Notes under the pieces: model-generated
Databases searched by the model: none
What the model was told of the DNA's origin: nothing
What the model saw: only the letters and a program-made list of their open reading frames with translations
From: an uncultured Mollicutes bacterium
GTDB lineage: Bacteria; Bacillota_I; Bacilli_A; RF39; UBA660
DNA length: 61,654 nt
NCBI GenBank assembly: GCA_946500425.1
Contig: CAMMVQ010000004.1
Coordinates: 1 to 61,654 of the forward strand
Direction: 5' to 3'
Part shown: piece after piece, positions 9,227 through 18,117 of the stretch
Layout: each line of letters begins with the position of its first letter
Position numbering within the stretch: the stretch's first letter is position 1
Translations under genes and position numbers: made by a program

Positions 9227-9242
9227 GTAACTCAGGTGAAGA

Positions 9243-9482
9243 AATACTAATAGCATAAACATAGCTAATGCTAAGCAAAATTTATTTCAATTGGTTTCTG
9301 ATGTAAATAAAGGCTTTAATACAATAAATATTATTAATAATAAAGTAGAAAATATTATACTTTTATCAGGAAGTAATTGGAGAAATATCGAAGGAACTAT
9401 TTATTTGAACTCTATACTTGGTTTTGTAGAATCTATTGATGAAGCTAAGAAAGAAGATAAAAGTAAATGTAGTGTTTATTAA
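9243..9482 (+). pseudogene. Phd/YefM-family antitoxin lacking a canonical start codon
   Basis: The open frame after the TGA at 9237-9239 reads ..NSINIANAKQNLFQLVSDVNKGFNTINIINNKVENIILLSGSNWRNIEGTIYL.., which is YefM-like. There is no ATG/GTG/TTG before the TTG at 9291, and that start would remove the conserved N-terminus. Confidence 0.5.
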
Positions 9483-9490
9483 AAGAGTGA

Positions 9491-9766
9491 AGAATAGTAG
9501 AACATAAAATAATATTTTTAAAATTAGCGTATAAATATAAGAGGTTTTTAAAATAATCTGGTCTTGCAGATAAAGCGAATAAATTGTTGGATTTTACTTC
9601 AATTAATATGGTATCAACTCCACCAACGTATGAAAGACTTAATGGAAATTTAATCAGCTGTTTTTCTATACAAATAAGCTATCTGCATAAATTAGTATAC
9701 ATGATAAACGAAAGTAAAAGAGATATGTTTATTTTAATAATGTGGACCCATTATGATAAGTTATAA
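9491..9766 (+). pseudogene. YoeB/Txe-family toxin interrupted by an in-frame stop
   Basis: C-terminal YERLNGNLISCFSIQISYLHKLVYMINESKRDMFILIMWTHY resembles the YoeB core (PEPLKxxLSGxWSRRITxEHRLVY...HY). The same frame upstream has a TAA at 9554-9556 and no ATG. The SRRI Arg positions are replaced (SIQI). Confidence 0.5.
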
Positions 9767-9801
9767 TAATTTCGTTTTTAAACGTATCTAACTCATTAAT
9801 C

Positions 9802-9866
9802 ATAGTAAATTAGTTTGACTAACTTGCTATATAAAAAAGGTTAACTAAAAATTAACCTTTTTATAT
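9802..9866 (+). repeat. direct repeat copy B (hairpin terminator)
   Basis: Collinear blocks ATAG / AAATTAGT / GA-CTAA / GCT / ATATA / AAGGTTAA / TTAACCTTTTT / ATAT are shared with 7124-7191. Confidence 0.7.
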
Positions 9867-9921
9867 TTTGACAATAGTTAATAGTTTTTAATAAGGATAA
9901 ATAATTTTTATTTCGCTTTTA

Positions 9922-10557
9922 TTATTTAAAATACAAATACTTAAATCCTATTTGTTTATATACGTAAGAGGCTCTAGGTAAGTCTAATATTCTTGCAAAT
10001 ATCAAATTATAAAGTTCATCAAACATAAAAATTCCAAATAAAGTAAAACTTAATATTAAGAAGTGTTTCTTTTTCATTTTTTTAGCTAGATAAAAGCAAA
10101 AAGGAACTAGTGCATATATTAATAAAAGACTAGATAAACCAAATACTAAAACGCTTCTTATGCAAACGTATCCATCGATATTACCGAAACTTAGTATTTC
10201 GTTTGTGTAATCCCAACATTTTACGTTCATGATGTTTTCCATGAACCATCCACCAACATACTCCAATATTCCGGTAGAAACAGCACTTACTAAAAAAACA
10301 AACAGGGGATTCTTTCTTTTTTTGAACGTAAGAAAAAATATGATGACAGCACCTATTGCGTAAATGTTTATCCATGGTAAAAAGTTGCCACCACGGTAAT
10401 AAAACGTCGTCATTCCACTGTTAAAATAGTAAAATATAAACTCGTATAAAAATCCGAATATTCCTGATATTACAACTATTAAACATAATATTGCAGCCAT
10501 CGTACTTTTATCAAAATGATATTCTTTATTTATGTATTTTTTAAACTTTTCTTTCAT
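9922..10557 (-). CDS. polytopic membrane protein (putative ABC-transporter type IV / CmpB-like family, tentative)
   Basis: ATG at 10557 (MKEKFKKY). Multiple TM segments. Motifs GFLYEFIFYY, GILEYVGGWFME and CWDY. Confidence 0.65.
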   Translation of the reverse strand: MKEKFKKYINKEYHFDKSTMAAILCLIVVISGIFGFLYEFIFYYFNSGMTTFYYRGGNFLPWINIYAIGAVIIFFLTFKKRKNPLFVFLVSAVSTGILEYVGGWFMENIMNVKCWDYTNEILSFGNIDGYVCIRSVLVFGLSSLLLIYALVPFCFYLAKKMKKKHFLILSFTLFGIFMFDELYNLIFARILDLPRASYVYKQIGFKYLYFK

Positions 10558-10656
10558 ACTACCTACTTCCAATCTTAATATTATTTTATCAAAATATTGT
10601 AAAAAACAAAACATAAAATCTGTAGTATAATTAAATTAGTAAAGGAATTAGTTAAA

Positions 10657-11214
10657 ATGAAAATATTAAATTACTTTAGCTATAACTCAGTTGTTATATT
10701 ATCATTTTTTTTCGTGTCTTTGGTGGTGCTTATGCTGAATTACTTAACGAAGGGTAAAAGTAACTTGAAATTATTTTCTTCATACCGAAGTAGTATGTTA
10801 AATCCTCTTACTTACGTAAGACTATTTACCCATGTTTTGGGTCATGTTAACTGGAGTCATTTCGTGAATAATTTTTTATACATCTTGCTTATTGGTCCCA
10901 TGGTGGAAGAAAAATATGGCAGCATAAACTTAATCATAATGATACTTATAACCGCGGGAGTAACTGGCGTTATAAACTCCTTATTTTCTAAAAAAAGAAT
11001 ATTAGGTGCCAGTGGGATAGTATTCATGCTTATTATTTTAAGTTCTTTTGTTAATATAGAAGCTGGAAAAATACCGGTAACTTTGGTTTTAATATGTGTT
11101 TTTTACGTCATAAATGAAATCATATCTGGTATTTTCAAAAAGGATGATGTATCCCACATGGGGCATATAACAGGAGCTTTCTGTGGTTTTGTTTTTGGCT
11201 ACTTTATATTTTAA
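10657..11214 (+). CDS. rhomboid-family intramembrane serine protease
   Basis: HxxxN-like region (HVNWSHFVNN), catalytic Ser in GASGIVF, His in HITGAFCG. 6 TM segments. Confidence 0.8.
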   Translation: MKILNYFSYNSVVILSFFFVSLVVLMLNYLTKGKSNLKLFSSYRSSMLNPLTYVRLFTHVLGHVNWSHFVNNFLYILLIGPMVEEKYGSINLIIMILITAGVTGVINSLFSKKRILGASGIVFMLIILSSFVNIEAGKIPVTLVLICVFYVINEIISGIFKKDDVSHMGHITGAFCGFVFGYFIF

Positions 11215-11426
11215 AAAATGAAAATAGATTTCTTATGATAAGTAAGAATGACGTGAATGATTTATTGAAAATTATAAAGCATTATATAACAAACAAAGGG
11301 TAAACTTATTATTTTTTTAATAAAAATAAAGTTTGATTTAAAAAACTATAAAGTTTATGTTATAATATAAACGTATGATATGAAGCATCAAGATTTAAAA
11401 TAATAATTAAAATTAAGGAGGTAAAC

Positions 11427-11657
11427 ATGCTAGAAAAAGGAGATTTATTAACCTTAAGTGATGGGAATGATTATTTTGTTATTAATATGATTCAAGTTGA
11501 AGGAAAAAATTACGTTTATTTAGTTACAAAAGATGGAGTTTCGGGGGTTATGGTTTGCTTATTAGAAAACGATACATTAACCACTATAAATGATGAGAAA
11601 GTTCTTGAAGTATTATTAGAAAAATTTAAGAAACAATATGAGGTGGAAAATGAATGA
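11427..11657 (+). CDS. small conserved hypothetical protein (DUF1292-like, tentative)
   Basis: AAGGAGG SD. 76 aa, acidic. Confidence 0.6.
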   Translation: MLEKGDLLTLSDGNDYFVINMIQVEGKNYVYLVTKDGVSGVMVCLLENDTLTTINDEKVLEVLLEKFKKQYEVENE

Positions 11658-12147
11658 TGTGTTAAAAAATTATTCCCAAGAAGAAATAGAAGAACTTGCC
11701 ACACAGCAGTTATTAGATAAAAAGTTAAAAATCGTAAAAATCAATAAAGAATACAAGAAGCATAATAGAAAGACCGTTTCAAAAGCAATCTTAAACGGTT
11801 CAATCGTGTTAATATGTGCTTGCATTGTATTAAATTCTAATCCCAATATATCAAATTTCGGAACCGAAGCCATGAAGGATATGCTTACTGATATCTCTCA
11901 ATTTACTAACTTTTTTCCAAAGACTATGCCATTTGATATACTGGCCGCCTGTTATGTAAAGGCGTTTGAAGGACTAAATTACATCATAGATAAATTTGGA
12001 ATGATGGGCGTTTTTTTAGCCTCCCAGTCGATTAGATTTATATTATCAACCGTGAGCGATACGATTAAAACATTAAGAATTAAAAAGGAATTGTTAGCAT
12101 TAAAACGTATCAGTGAAAATAATAAAACTAGCAATCATATTAAATAG
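11650..12147 (+). CDS. hypothetical membrane protein
   Basis: ATG at 11650 after a GAGGTGG SD, overlapping the upstream stop. One or two TM segments. Confidence 0.6.
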   Translation: MNDVLKNYSQEEIEELATQQLLDKKLKIVKINKEYKKHNRKTVSKAILNGSIVLICACIVLNSNPNISNFGTEAMKDMLTDISQFTNFFPKTMPFDILAACYVKAFEGLNYIIDKFGMMGVFLASQSIRFILSTVSDTIKTLRIKKELLALKRISENNKTSNHIK

Positions 12148-12330
12148 TATTAATTTTGGGTAGATTATAAAACAATCTAATATCCTTTTTAACGAAAGTT
12201 GAGTATTATTATTGTTAAAATTAATATAATTTAAGTGACTAATATGCTCATTAAAAAAACTGCTAATTTTTATATTGTTTGACAAAAAATGAAGAAAATT
12301 GTAAACTTATTTTATAAAGGATGTGATGGT

Positions 12331-13554
12331 ATGTTTTGCGGTGAGTGTGGTGCGAAATGCAATAAAGATGATTTATTTTGTGGTGAGTGCGGAGCACCAT
12401 TAAAAAAAGAAGAAAAAGAAAATAAAAGCGTCAAAAAAAGAAAGCCAATTAGTAAGAAAAATAAGCTTTTAATTACTATAATTACCATTTTAGTAATCGT
12501 ACTAGTTGTGGTTATTGTAATTTTATCAAACGTTTCATCTCCTAAGTCCGTTGCTGAAAACTTCTTTAAGGCACTAGCTACTAACGACGGAAAGAAGATG
12601 TATCAGTATTTAAACATCGAAGATGATAATACTTTTACAAGTGAAAAAATATTTGAATCAATAATTAAAGCACAAGAAAAAGATGACAAAATAGAAAATT
12701 ATGAAATAACTAACGTTACTTATGGAACCGGTAAACTTAGTGCGGACGTTACCATAACTTATACTACCAAAAATAGTAGTAACGAAAAAACCATGGTTTT
12801 ATCACTAACCAAAGCTAAGGATAAAAAGTGGTTATTCTTCGATGATTGGAACGTTAATTTTAAGACCAATTCTTTAATCGTTGAGGATTTTAAAATATGG
12901 GTTCCTAAAAAATCTAAGGTTACTTTCGGAGGAATAAAGGTTAGTAATAAATATCTAGATAATTCTATGTCAACCAGTGAAAAGGATTGCTATGTTTTAA
13001 ACCAAGTATTTGCTGCTAAAACAAACGTAGAAGTTAAGTTAGATGGTGGTTTCGTTATAAAGGATGAGGTCATTCCAAGTAGTTATCGTAATAGTTATAC
13101 GGCTAGTGTGTCTTTGGATAGTGTTTCAGAAAAAGAACAAGAAAAAATTAAAGATGTTATATTAAAGGATTTAACTTCTGTTTACAATGGTGTTATTCAA
13201 AATAAAGGGTTTGAGGAAATTAAACAAACACTTAGCGCGGAAAATGAAACTAACGAGGTTAAAAATGCTTATGATGATTTATTAGAAGAGGTCATGGACT
13301 CATCTAATATACTTACGGCAATTAACTTTAATAAAGTCACTTTATCAAGTTTAAAATTAGATGACGAAGGTAACTTCAAGATTCGTTTTAAAGCTAACTA
13401 TGCGTACAGTATAAAATATCAAGACTTTAGTGGTAACGAAATGACGAAGGATTCTTCTGATTATAGTTACATTGATTTTACCTATAACATCAAAGATGGT
13501 AATTATCATCTTGTTGATATAGATAATCTGGAAGATTATTTTTCTAGGTACTAA
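12331..13554 (+). CDS. zinc-ribbon membrane-anchored protein
   Basis: ATG at 12331 after AAAGGATG. N-terminal CGECGAKC..CGECGAPL double CxxC, then a basic linker, one TM and a ~330-aa extracytoplasmic domain. Confidence 0.7.
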   Translation: MFCGECGAKCNKDDLFCGECGAPLKKEEKENKSVKKRKPISKKNKLLITIITILVIVLVVVIVILSNVSSPKSVAENFFKALATNDGKKMYQYLNIEDDNTFTSEKIFESIIKAQEKDDKIENYEITNVTYGTGKLSADVTITYTTKNSSNEKTMVLSLTKAKDKKWLFFDDWNVNFKTNSLIVEDFKIWVPKKSKVTFGGIKVSNKYLDNSMSTSEKDCYVLNQVFAAKTNVEVKLDGGFVIKDEVIPSSYRNSYTASVSLDSVSEKEQEKIKDVILKDLTSVYNGVIQNKGFEEIKQTLSAENETNEVKNAYDDLLEEVMDSSNILTAINFNKVTLSSLKLDDEGNFKIRFKANYAYSIKYQDFSGNEMTKDSSDYSYIDFTYNIKDGNYHLVDIDNLEDYFSRY

Positions 13555-13575
13555 AAAGAAAGAAGGAGAGTGTTT

Positions 13576-14295
13576 ATGGCAAAATTTTGTACCAAGTGTG
13601 GTAAACCATTAAAAGACGGAAAACCATGTGATTGTCAAAAAGACGTAAAAGAAACGGAAAAGAAAGAAGAAGTGGTTGCTAGCGTAACTGCCAAAAATTA
13701 CCTTAATTTATTCTTAGAAATAGTTAAAGGAATTTTTATTAAACCAGCTGATACCATTAAAAAATATTCAGTTAAAGAAAATTTTATATTTGCTCTTATG
13801 GCAATATTATTAAATTCTGTTATTACTGGGGTATTTGTTTATTTTCTTCTAAAAGAAGGTTCAAGCATTGTTGCTTCACTAATGGGATATGGTTCTTTAT
13901 TTGGAGCTAGTATAGACATATCATTCATGAAGGTATTACTTCAAATAACGTTATTTATGATAGTTGCTTTCTTGGTTTCAGCACTTATGATTTACGTTAT
14001 GGCAGGAGCTTTATTTAAAGCTAAAACCGATGTTAAACAATGCATATCTTTGGTTGGCGTATGTTCTATTTTCACTTTAATAACTACCATAGTTGTAATA
14101 GTTTGTACGTTTATTTCAATTAAATTTGCTTTGATTTTACTAGTTATTGCGGGTGCTTTTTACTTAACCCACCTATATCAAGGAATAACTGACATTTCGG
14201 GATTAGATAAAAATAAATATGCTTACACTTTTATGGTACCAATTGTAGTTGCTTCTTTTGTTGTTCTTTACATCTTACCAAAGCTTTTGTTTTAA
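13576..14295 (+). CDS. zinc-ribbon plus Yip1-like polytopic membrane protein
   Basis: ATG at 13576 after GAAGGAG. CTKCGKPL..CDC zinc-ribbon-like N-terminus followed by about 5 TM segments. Confidence 0.7.
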   Translation: MAKFCTKCGKPLKDGKPCDCQKDVKETEKKEEVVASVTAKNYLNLFLEIVKGIFIKPADTIKKYSVKENFIFALMAILLNSVITGVFVYFLLKEGSSIVASLMGYGSLFGASIDISFMKVLLQITLFMIVAFLVSALMIYVMAGALFKAKTDVKQCISLVGVCSIFTLITTIVVIVCTFISIKFALILLVIAGAFYLTHLYQGITDISGLDKNKYAYTFMVPIVVASFVVLYILPKLLF

Positions 14296-14302
14296 TTAAT
14301 TC

Positions 14303-14325
14303 GCCCATTTAAATGGGCTTTTTTG
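14303..14325 (+). terminator. intrinsic terminator
   Basis: GCCCATTT/AAATGGGC stem followed by TTTTTT. Confidence 0.8.
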
Positions 14326-14392
14326 ATCGACGTACACTATGGTATATAAAAATAAGTCTTAGTAAAGTATGAGCTAAGAAGGAGAGATTTAA

Positions 14393-15088
14393 ATGGAAAA
14401 AAATAAATTAAAACTAAAACAATTACTAATCATTGCATGGGTTTTAAAACTTAATCCTATAACTTGTTTAGACATTGAACTTTTAGCCCAGGATTTTATT
14501 ATAAATAACCCTAATTATGAATTATATGGGTTTAATTCCGAAAGAATGATATCAGAACAAGATGGTTACATAGAATTTAGTGGTCAAAACTTAAAGGAAT
14601 TATTAGGTGAGATAGAAAGTACAACACGAAATGACATTATAAAATACGTTCAAAGTTTTGATTTTGATGATTTTATCCTTAGAAAGATAAAACATTATTA
14701 TTCTGTTTATGAAGAATCTTTAAACAAAATCTTTTCTCAGAAAGAGATGGAAAAATTAAAGGGGTTAATTAATGAAGGTTACTTAAACGTAACTTATGAT
14801 AATGATATTCCTTACTTGGATTATAAAGAAATATCATTATCAAATAAGGGAGAACTAAAGTTGTTTAAAAAAGATAATAAAAAAGAAATAGAAGATTTTA
14901 CGACGATGCTAAAATTATTAAAATATGATGTTACTTTGTTAGATGATTTTTTGTTAACTCAAGATTTGAGTTTGCCAGCCTGGGCTATTTTAAACGTTAG
15001 TGACTTAGATAGATTTTGTAATTATTATGACCGCGCAAGTAAGGTTAATGAAGACCCTGTAGAAGTTTTAGCGAAGAAAAAAATATAA
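14393..15088 (+). CDS. hypothetical protein
   Basis: GAAGGAG SD. 231 aa. No motif recognised. Confidence 0.6.
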   Translation: MEKNKLKLKQLLIIAWVLKLNPITCLDIELLAQDFIINNPNYELYGFNSERMISEQDGYIEFSGQNLKELLGEIESTTRNDIIKYVQSFDFDDFILRKIKHYYSVYEESLNKIFSQKEMEKLKGLINEGYLNVTYDNDIPYLDYKEISLSNKGELKLFKKDNKKEIEDFTTMLKLLKYDVTLLDDFLLTQDLSLPAWAILNVSDLDRFCNYYDRASKVNEDPVEVLAKKKI

Positions 15089-15147
15089 ATATCAAGTGTT
15101 AAACTTAAGTTCTTTAATAGTGATATAAGTTATATAAGGAGTACGAC

Positions 15148-15660
15148 ATGAAGATTAATGAAAATTTTATTATGGATGATTATATAGTTGAAATGGCAAA
15201 ACCATCTGAAATAGATGTTATTTTAAATGTATATAAAGAAAGAATAGACTGGTTTAAGAAAAATGAAATAATAATGTGGAACAAGTATTTAGAACATCAT
15301 CCTAAAGAAGAATTTTTGAAAGCTATTTTGAATCAGACTTTCTTTGTGGTAAAAAAAGATGATGAAATTATCGCTTGCTTCGAACTTACTGATGAAAATA
15401 GGTTTTGGAGTAAGAATGATAGTAGGGCCTATTATGTTTATAAAATAGTTACAAAACCAGGAAATAAAGGAATCGCTAATATTATTTTTGATTTTTGTAA
15501 AGAAACTGCTATATTAAATAATAAAAATTACTTAAGGATAGACCATGTAAAACGTAATGAAAAATTAAATAACATATATGAAAATCATGGTTTTAAAATA
15601 ATAGATAGTGGACAAGTTGACTACTATGAATTTAACCTAAGACAGTTATCTATAAAATAA
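15148..15660 (+). CDS. GNAT-family N-acetyltransferase
   Basis: 170 aa. Motif-A-like VTKPGNKGIANIIFDF and C-terminal NIYENHGFK. AAGGAG SD. Confidence 0.7.
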   Translation: MKINENFIMDDYIVEMAKPSEIDVILNVYKERIDWFKKNEIIMWNKYLEHHPKEEFLKAILNQTFFVVKKDDEIIACFELTDENRFWSKNDSRAYYVYKIVTKPGNKGIANIIFDFCKETAILNNKNYLRIDHVKRNEKLNNIYENHGFKIIDSGQVDYYEFNLRQLSIK

Positions 15661-15678
15661 GAGTGGTGGTGTTATCTT

Positions 15679-16866
15679 ATGAGTAAAATAATTAGCGCTA
15701 TTAAGCTTCATAGAAACGTAGTTGGATTAATGGGGTCTTTGTTAATAAACAATATTTTATATATGTTTATAAATACGTTTATGGTGGCTTACTTTATAAC
15801 GCTAACAAATTATGACTATAAACTTATCTCGGTTTATTACGTATTATCATTTATTGGAATTTTAATTACTTTTTTATTACTTAGTAAAACCGTAAAGGAT
15901 AAAAACAGTGTAATCTTGTTTAGAAGTGGCATAATATTTTATTGCTTCTATATATTGTTAATTGCGTTATTAAAAGAAAAGATTGTTAATTACTATGCTT
16001 TTTTAGGATTTTTTTATGGTGTTGTACAAGGACTTTTTTGGGTTGCAGGTCATACTTTAATTAATGAAAATACTAAAAACATGGAAAATAGCTTTATATC
16101 GGTCAAGTCGATTTTGAGCAAAATTTTAAGAGTGTTTTTTCCAATTATATTTGGAATCTCTATAGAACTTACTTCTTTTTCTTACATAGCAAAAATCGTA
16201 ATATTTCTTTCTTTACTACAGTTTATTTTCTCACTTTTAATTAAAGAAGAAAAAACAAAATCAAAGCCTAAGTATGATCTTAAACGATATTTTAATTATA
16301 TAAAGAATAATGATAAGTTTAAATTAGCATACAAAATAAGTGCTTGTGATGGAATTATTCACTATTTATTAGAAACACTAATTACGATTTTAATTGTTAT
16401 GACGTTTAAAACGACGATAAGTCTTGGAGTAATAACAACGGTATTTTCTATATTATCAATTATTTCGGTTTATATTTTCCAGTATAAGTTAAAAAGCAAT
16501 AAAAAAATATTATTAATTAGTGCTATTTCAATGGTTATAAGTTTATTCTTATTACTAATTGACATTGATAAGATAACCATAATAATATATAATTTTTGTA
16601 ATAGTGTATTTTTAGTTACGTTAATGAATGCCGCTGAAACAAAAGGCTATGACATAATTCATGAGGATAAAAAAGTTGCTGACGATTATATTGTTGAGCA
16701 TCAGGCAATATGGCAAATAGTATTAAACATATCAAGAATTATTGGTTATTTTGTTTTGTTTATCGCAAGTTTATTTAATAACATGTTAGTATTTAAATTT
16801 CTTTTAATATTAGTTACCATAATAATATTATATTATTCAAAATTAATGATGAAGTTTAAAAAATAA
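15679..16866 (+). CDS. MFS-like polytopic transporter
   Basis: 395 aa with about 11-12 TM segments. Confidence 0.6.
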   Translation: MSKIISAIKLHRNVVGLMGSLLINNILYMFINTFMVAYFITLTNYDYKLISVYYVLSFIGILITFLLLSKTVKDKNSVILFRSGIIFYCFYILLIALLKEKIVNYYAFLGFFYGVVQGLFWVAGHTLINENTKNMENSFISVKSILSKILRVFFPIIFGISIELTSFSYIAKIVIFLSLLQFIFSLLIKEEKTKSKPKYDLKRYFNYIKNNDKFKLAYKISACDGIIHYLLETLITILIVMTFKTTISLGVITTVFSILSIISVYIFQYKLKSNKKILLISAISMVISLFLLLIDIDKITIIIYNFCNSVFLVTLMNAAETKGYDIIHEDKKVADDYIVEHQAIWQIVLNISRIIGYFVLFIASLFNNMLVFKFLLILVTIIILYYSKLMMKFKK

Positions 16867-16894
16867 AAGTAAGTTTATTTTTTTGGGGGGTAAA

Positions 16895-17254
16895 ATGGAT
16901 AAAATAGAATTAAAAAGAATATTTTTAGAAAGAATAAAGCGGGAAGCATCTTATCAATGGATTTTAACTGATGATTTAATCAATGAAATTACGAAGGCGT
17001 ATGCTGGTGAAAAAAAATTATGCAAGTATGATATCAAAACGTTTGACAATCCCTTTTCTATGGCTTTGGATTTTTATAACAAGTATTATCCATCATATTA
17101 TAAAATAATAAGAGCTGGTTCAATCTTTGTTTTTCTTTTATGGTTTTTATACGACTTATTAGTAGGAGCATACGTAAGTTTAATAACTGACGTTATTTTA
17201 ATTGTTTCAAACGCATTAGCGGTTTACAAGTTAGACATAAAAAATAAATCTTGA
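16895..17254 (+). CDS. hypothetical protein with C-terminal TM segments
   Basis: ATG at 16895. Soluble N-terminal half and hydrophobic C-terminal half. Confidence 0.5.
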   Translation: MDKIELKRIFLERIKREASYQWILTDDLINEITKAYAGEKKLCKYDIKTFDNPFSMALDFYNKYYPSYYKIIRAGSIFVFLLWFLYDLLVGAYVSLITDVILIVSNALAVYKLDIKNKS

Positions 17255-17300
17255 ACAATATTATTACATTATGTTAAAATTTATTTAGGATGGTGATAAT

Positions 17301-17888
17301 ATGAAAGAAAAAACAGAAAGTGTTAGTAGTACTAAAAAAACTATAGTTACGATTATAATAGTAATCATTGCAATGCTTTTAGTGGCTTTAGTAGGTTTCT
17401 TATTATATATAAAAACGGTTTTTATAGGTGAAGATAGAGTAAAACAAATTATTATCAATGACATGAACGCTTTAGAAAGCAACGTATATTTTGAAAGCGT
17501 AGATTTGGAGCTCGATAAAAAACGTTATGACGTTGAATTATATTATAATAATAAAGAGTATGAATATAAGATTGATGCTAAGGAAGGCAAAATAATATTT
17601 ACTGATTTCATGCGTGATTTAAGTAATAATGACGTAGGCGCTAGTTTGTCGTCAAAAAATACTTCTTCATCAAGTGAGATAAGTTTAGAAGATGCCATCA
17701 AAATAGTACTTGATGAGGCAAAATTAAACGAAAAAGACGTTAAATTTATAAAGAAGCAAAAAGAATATGATGATGGAGTAGCACTTTATGATATTGAATT
17801 TCATTATGAAGGATATGAATATGAGTACGAAGTTAATGCTTCAAATGGGAAAATAATTGATTTACAAAAAGAATCTTTGTATAGATAG
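17301..17888 (+). CDS. PepSY-domain membrane-anchored protein
   Basis: N-terminal TM. Two PepSY-like units (YDVELYYNNKEYEYKIDAKEGKII and YDIEFHYEGYEYEYEVNASNGKII). Confidence 0.75.
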   Translation: MKEKTESVSSTKKTIVTIIIVIIAMLLVALVGFLLYIKTVFIGEDRVKQIIINDMNALESNVYFESVDLELDKKRYDVELYYNNKEYEYKIDAKEGKIIFTDFMRDLSNNDVGASLSSKNTSSSSEISLEDAIKIVLDEAKLNEKDVKFIKKQKEYDDGVALYDIEFHYEGYEYEYEVNASNGKIIDLQKESLYR

Positions 17889-18028
17889 GAAAAATAATTA
17901 TGAAAAAGGTTTATGATAACGCTATGATTCTTGCATATTATCTGAATTGGGGCATGGTAAAGGGCAACAATGGTGATGTCATGAGATGAATTGATGGCAT
18001 ACGTGATGAGGTATATTAATTTAAAATA

Positions 18029-18056
18029 AAAGTGGTTATTAAACTACTTTTTATTT
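18029..18056 (+). terminator. hairpin plus T-run in the spacer upstream of ruvA
   Basis: AAAGTGGT (18029-18036) pairs with ACTACTTT (18043-18050) including one G-T pair, then TTATTT. Confidence 0.45.
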
Positions 18057-18060
18057 AGCG

Positions 18061-18089
18061 TTTACAAAAACATTTGTTCGTGTTAAAAT
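18061..18089 (+). promoter_or_regulatory. ruvA promoter with a LexA (Cheo)-box-like element
   Basis: TTTACA, 17 nt, TAAAAT. The spacer contains AAAACATTTGTTCG (18067-18080), compared with the consensus CGAAC-N4-GTTCG. Confidence 0.5.
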
Positions 18090-18117
18090 TTATTTAGAAA
18101 GTAAAAGAGGTATTATT

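Noticed and set aside
12100-12285. 61-aa minus-strand ORF spanning the 12148-12330 spacer
   Set aside because: Asn/Ile-rich low-complexity translation of AT-rich DNA. It overlaps the 3' end of the + gene and has no SD.
16895-17254. Impression that this ORF is a chimera (soluble peptidase-like N-half joined to a PnuC-like hydrophobic C-half)
   Set aside because: The impression rests only on vague resemblance, with no diagnostic motif. It is left as hypothetical.
17962-18006. Shared ordered blocks GGGCAAC / GTGATGT / TCATGAG / ACGTG between 17962-18006 and 23672-23735 (partly also 28865-28890)
   Set aside because: The spacing differs greatly (0-37 nt). Single shared 7-mers between two ~150-nt windows are expected by chance. 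This is not enough to claim a repeat family without a genome-wide search.
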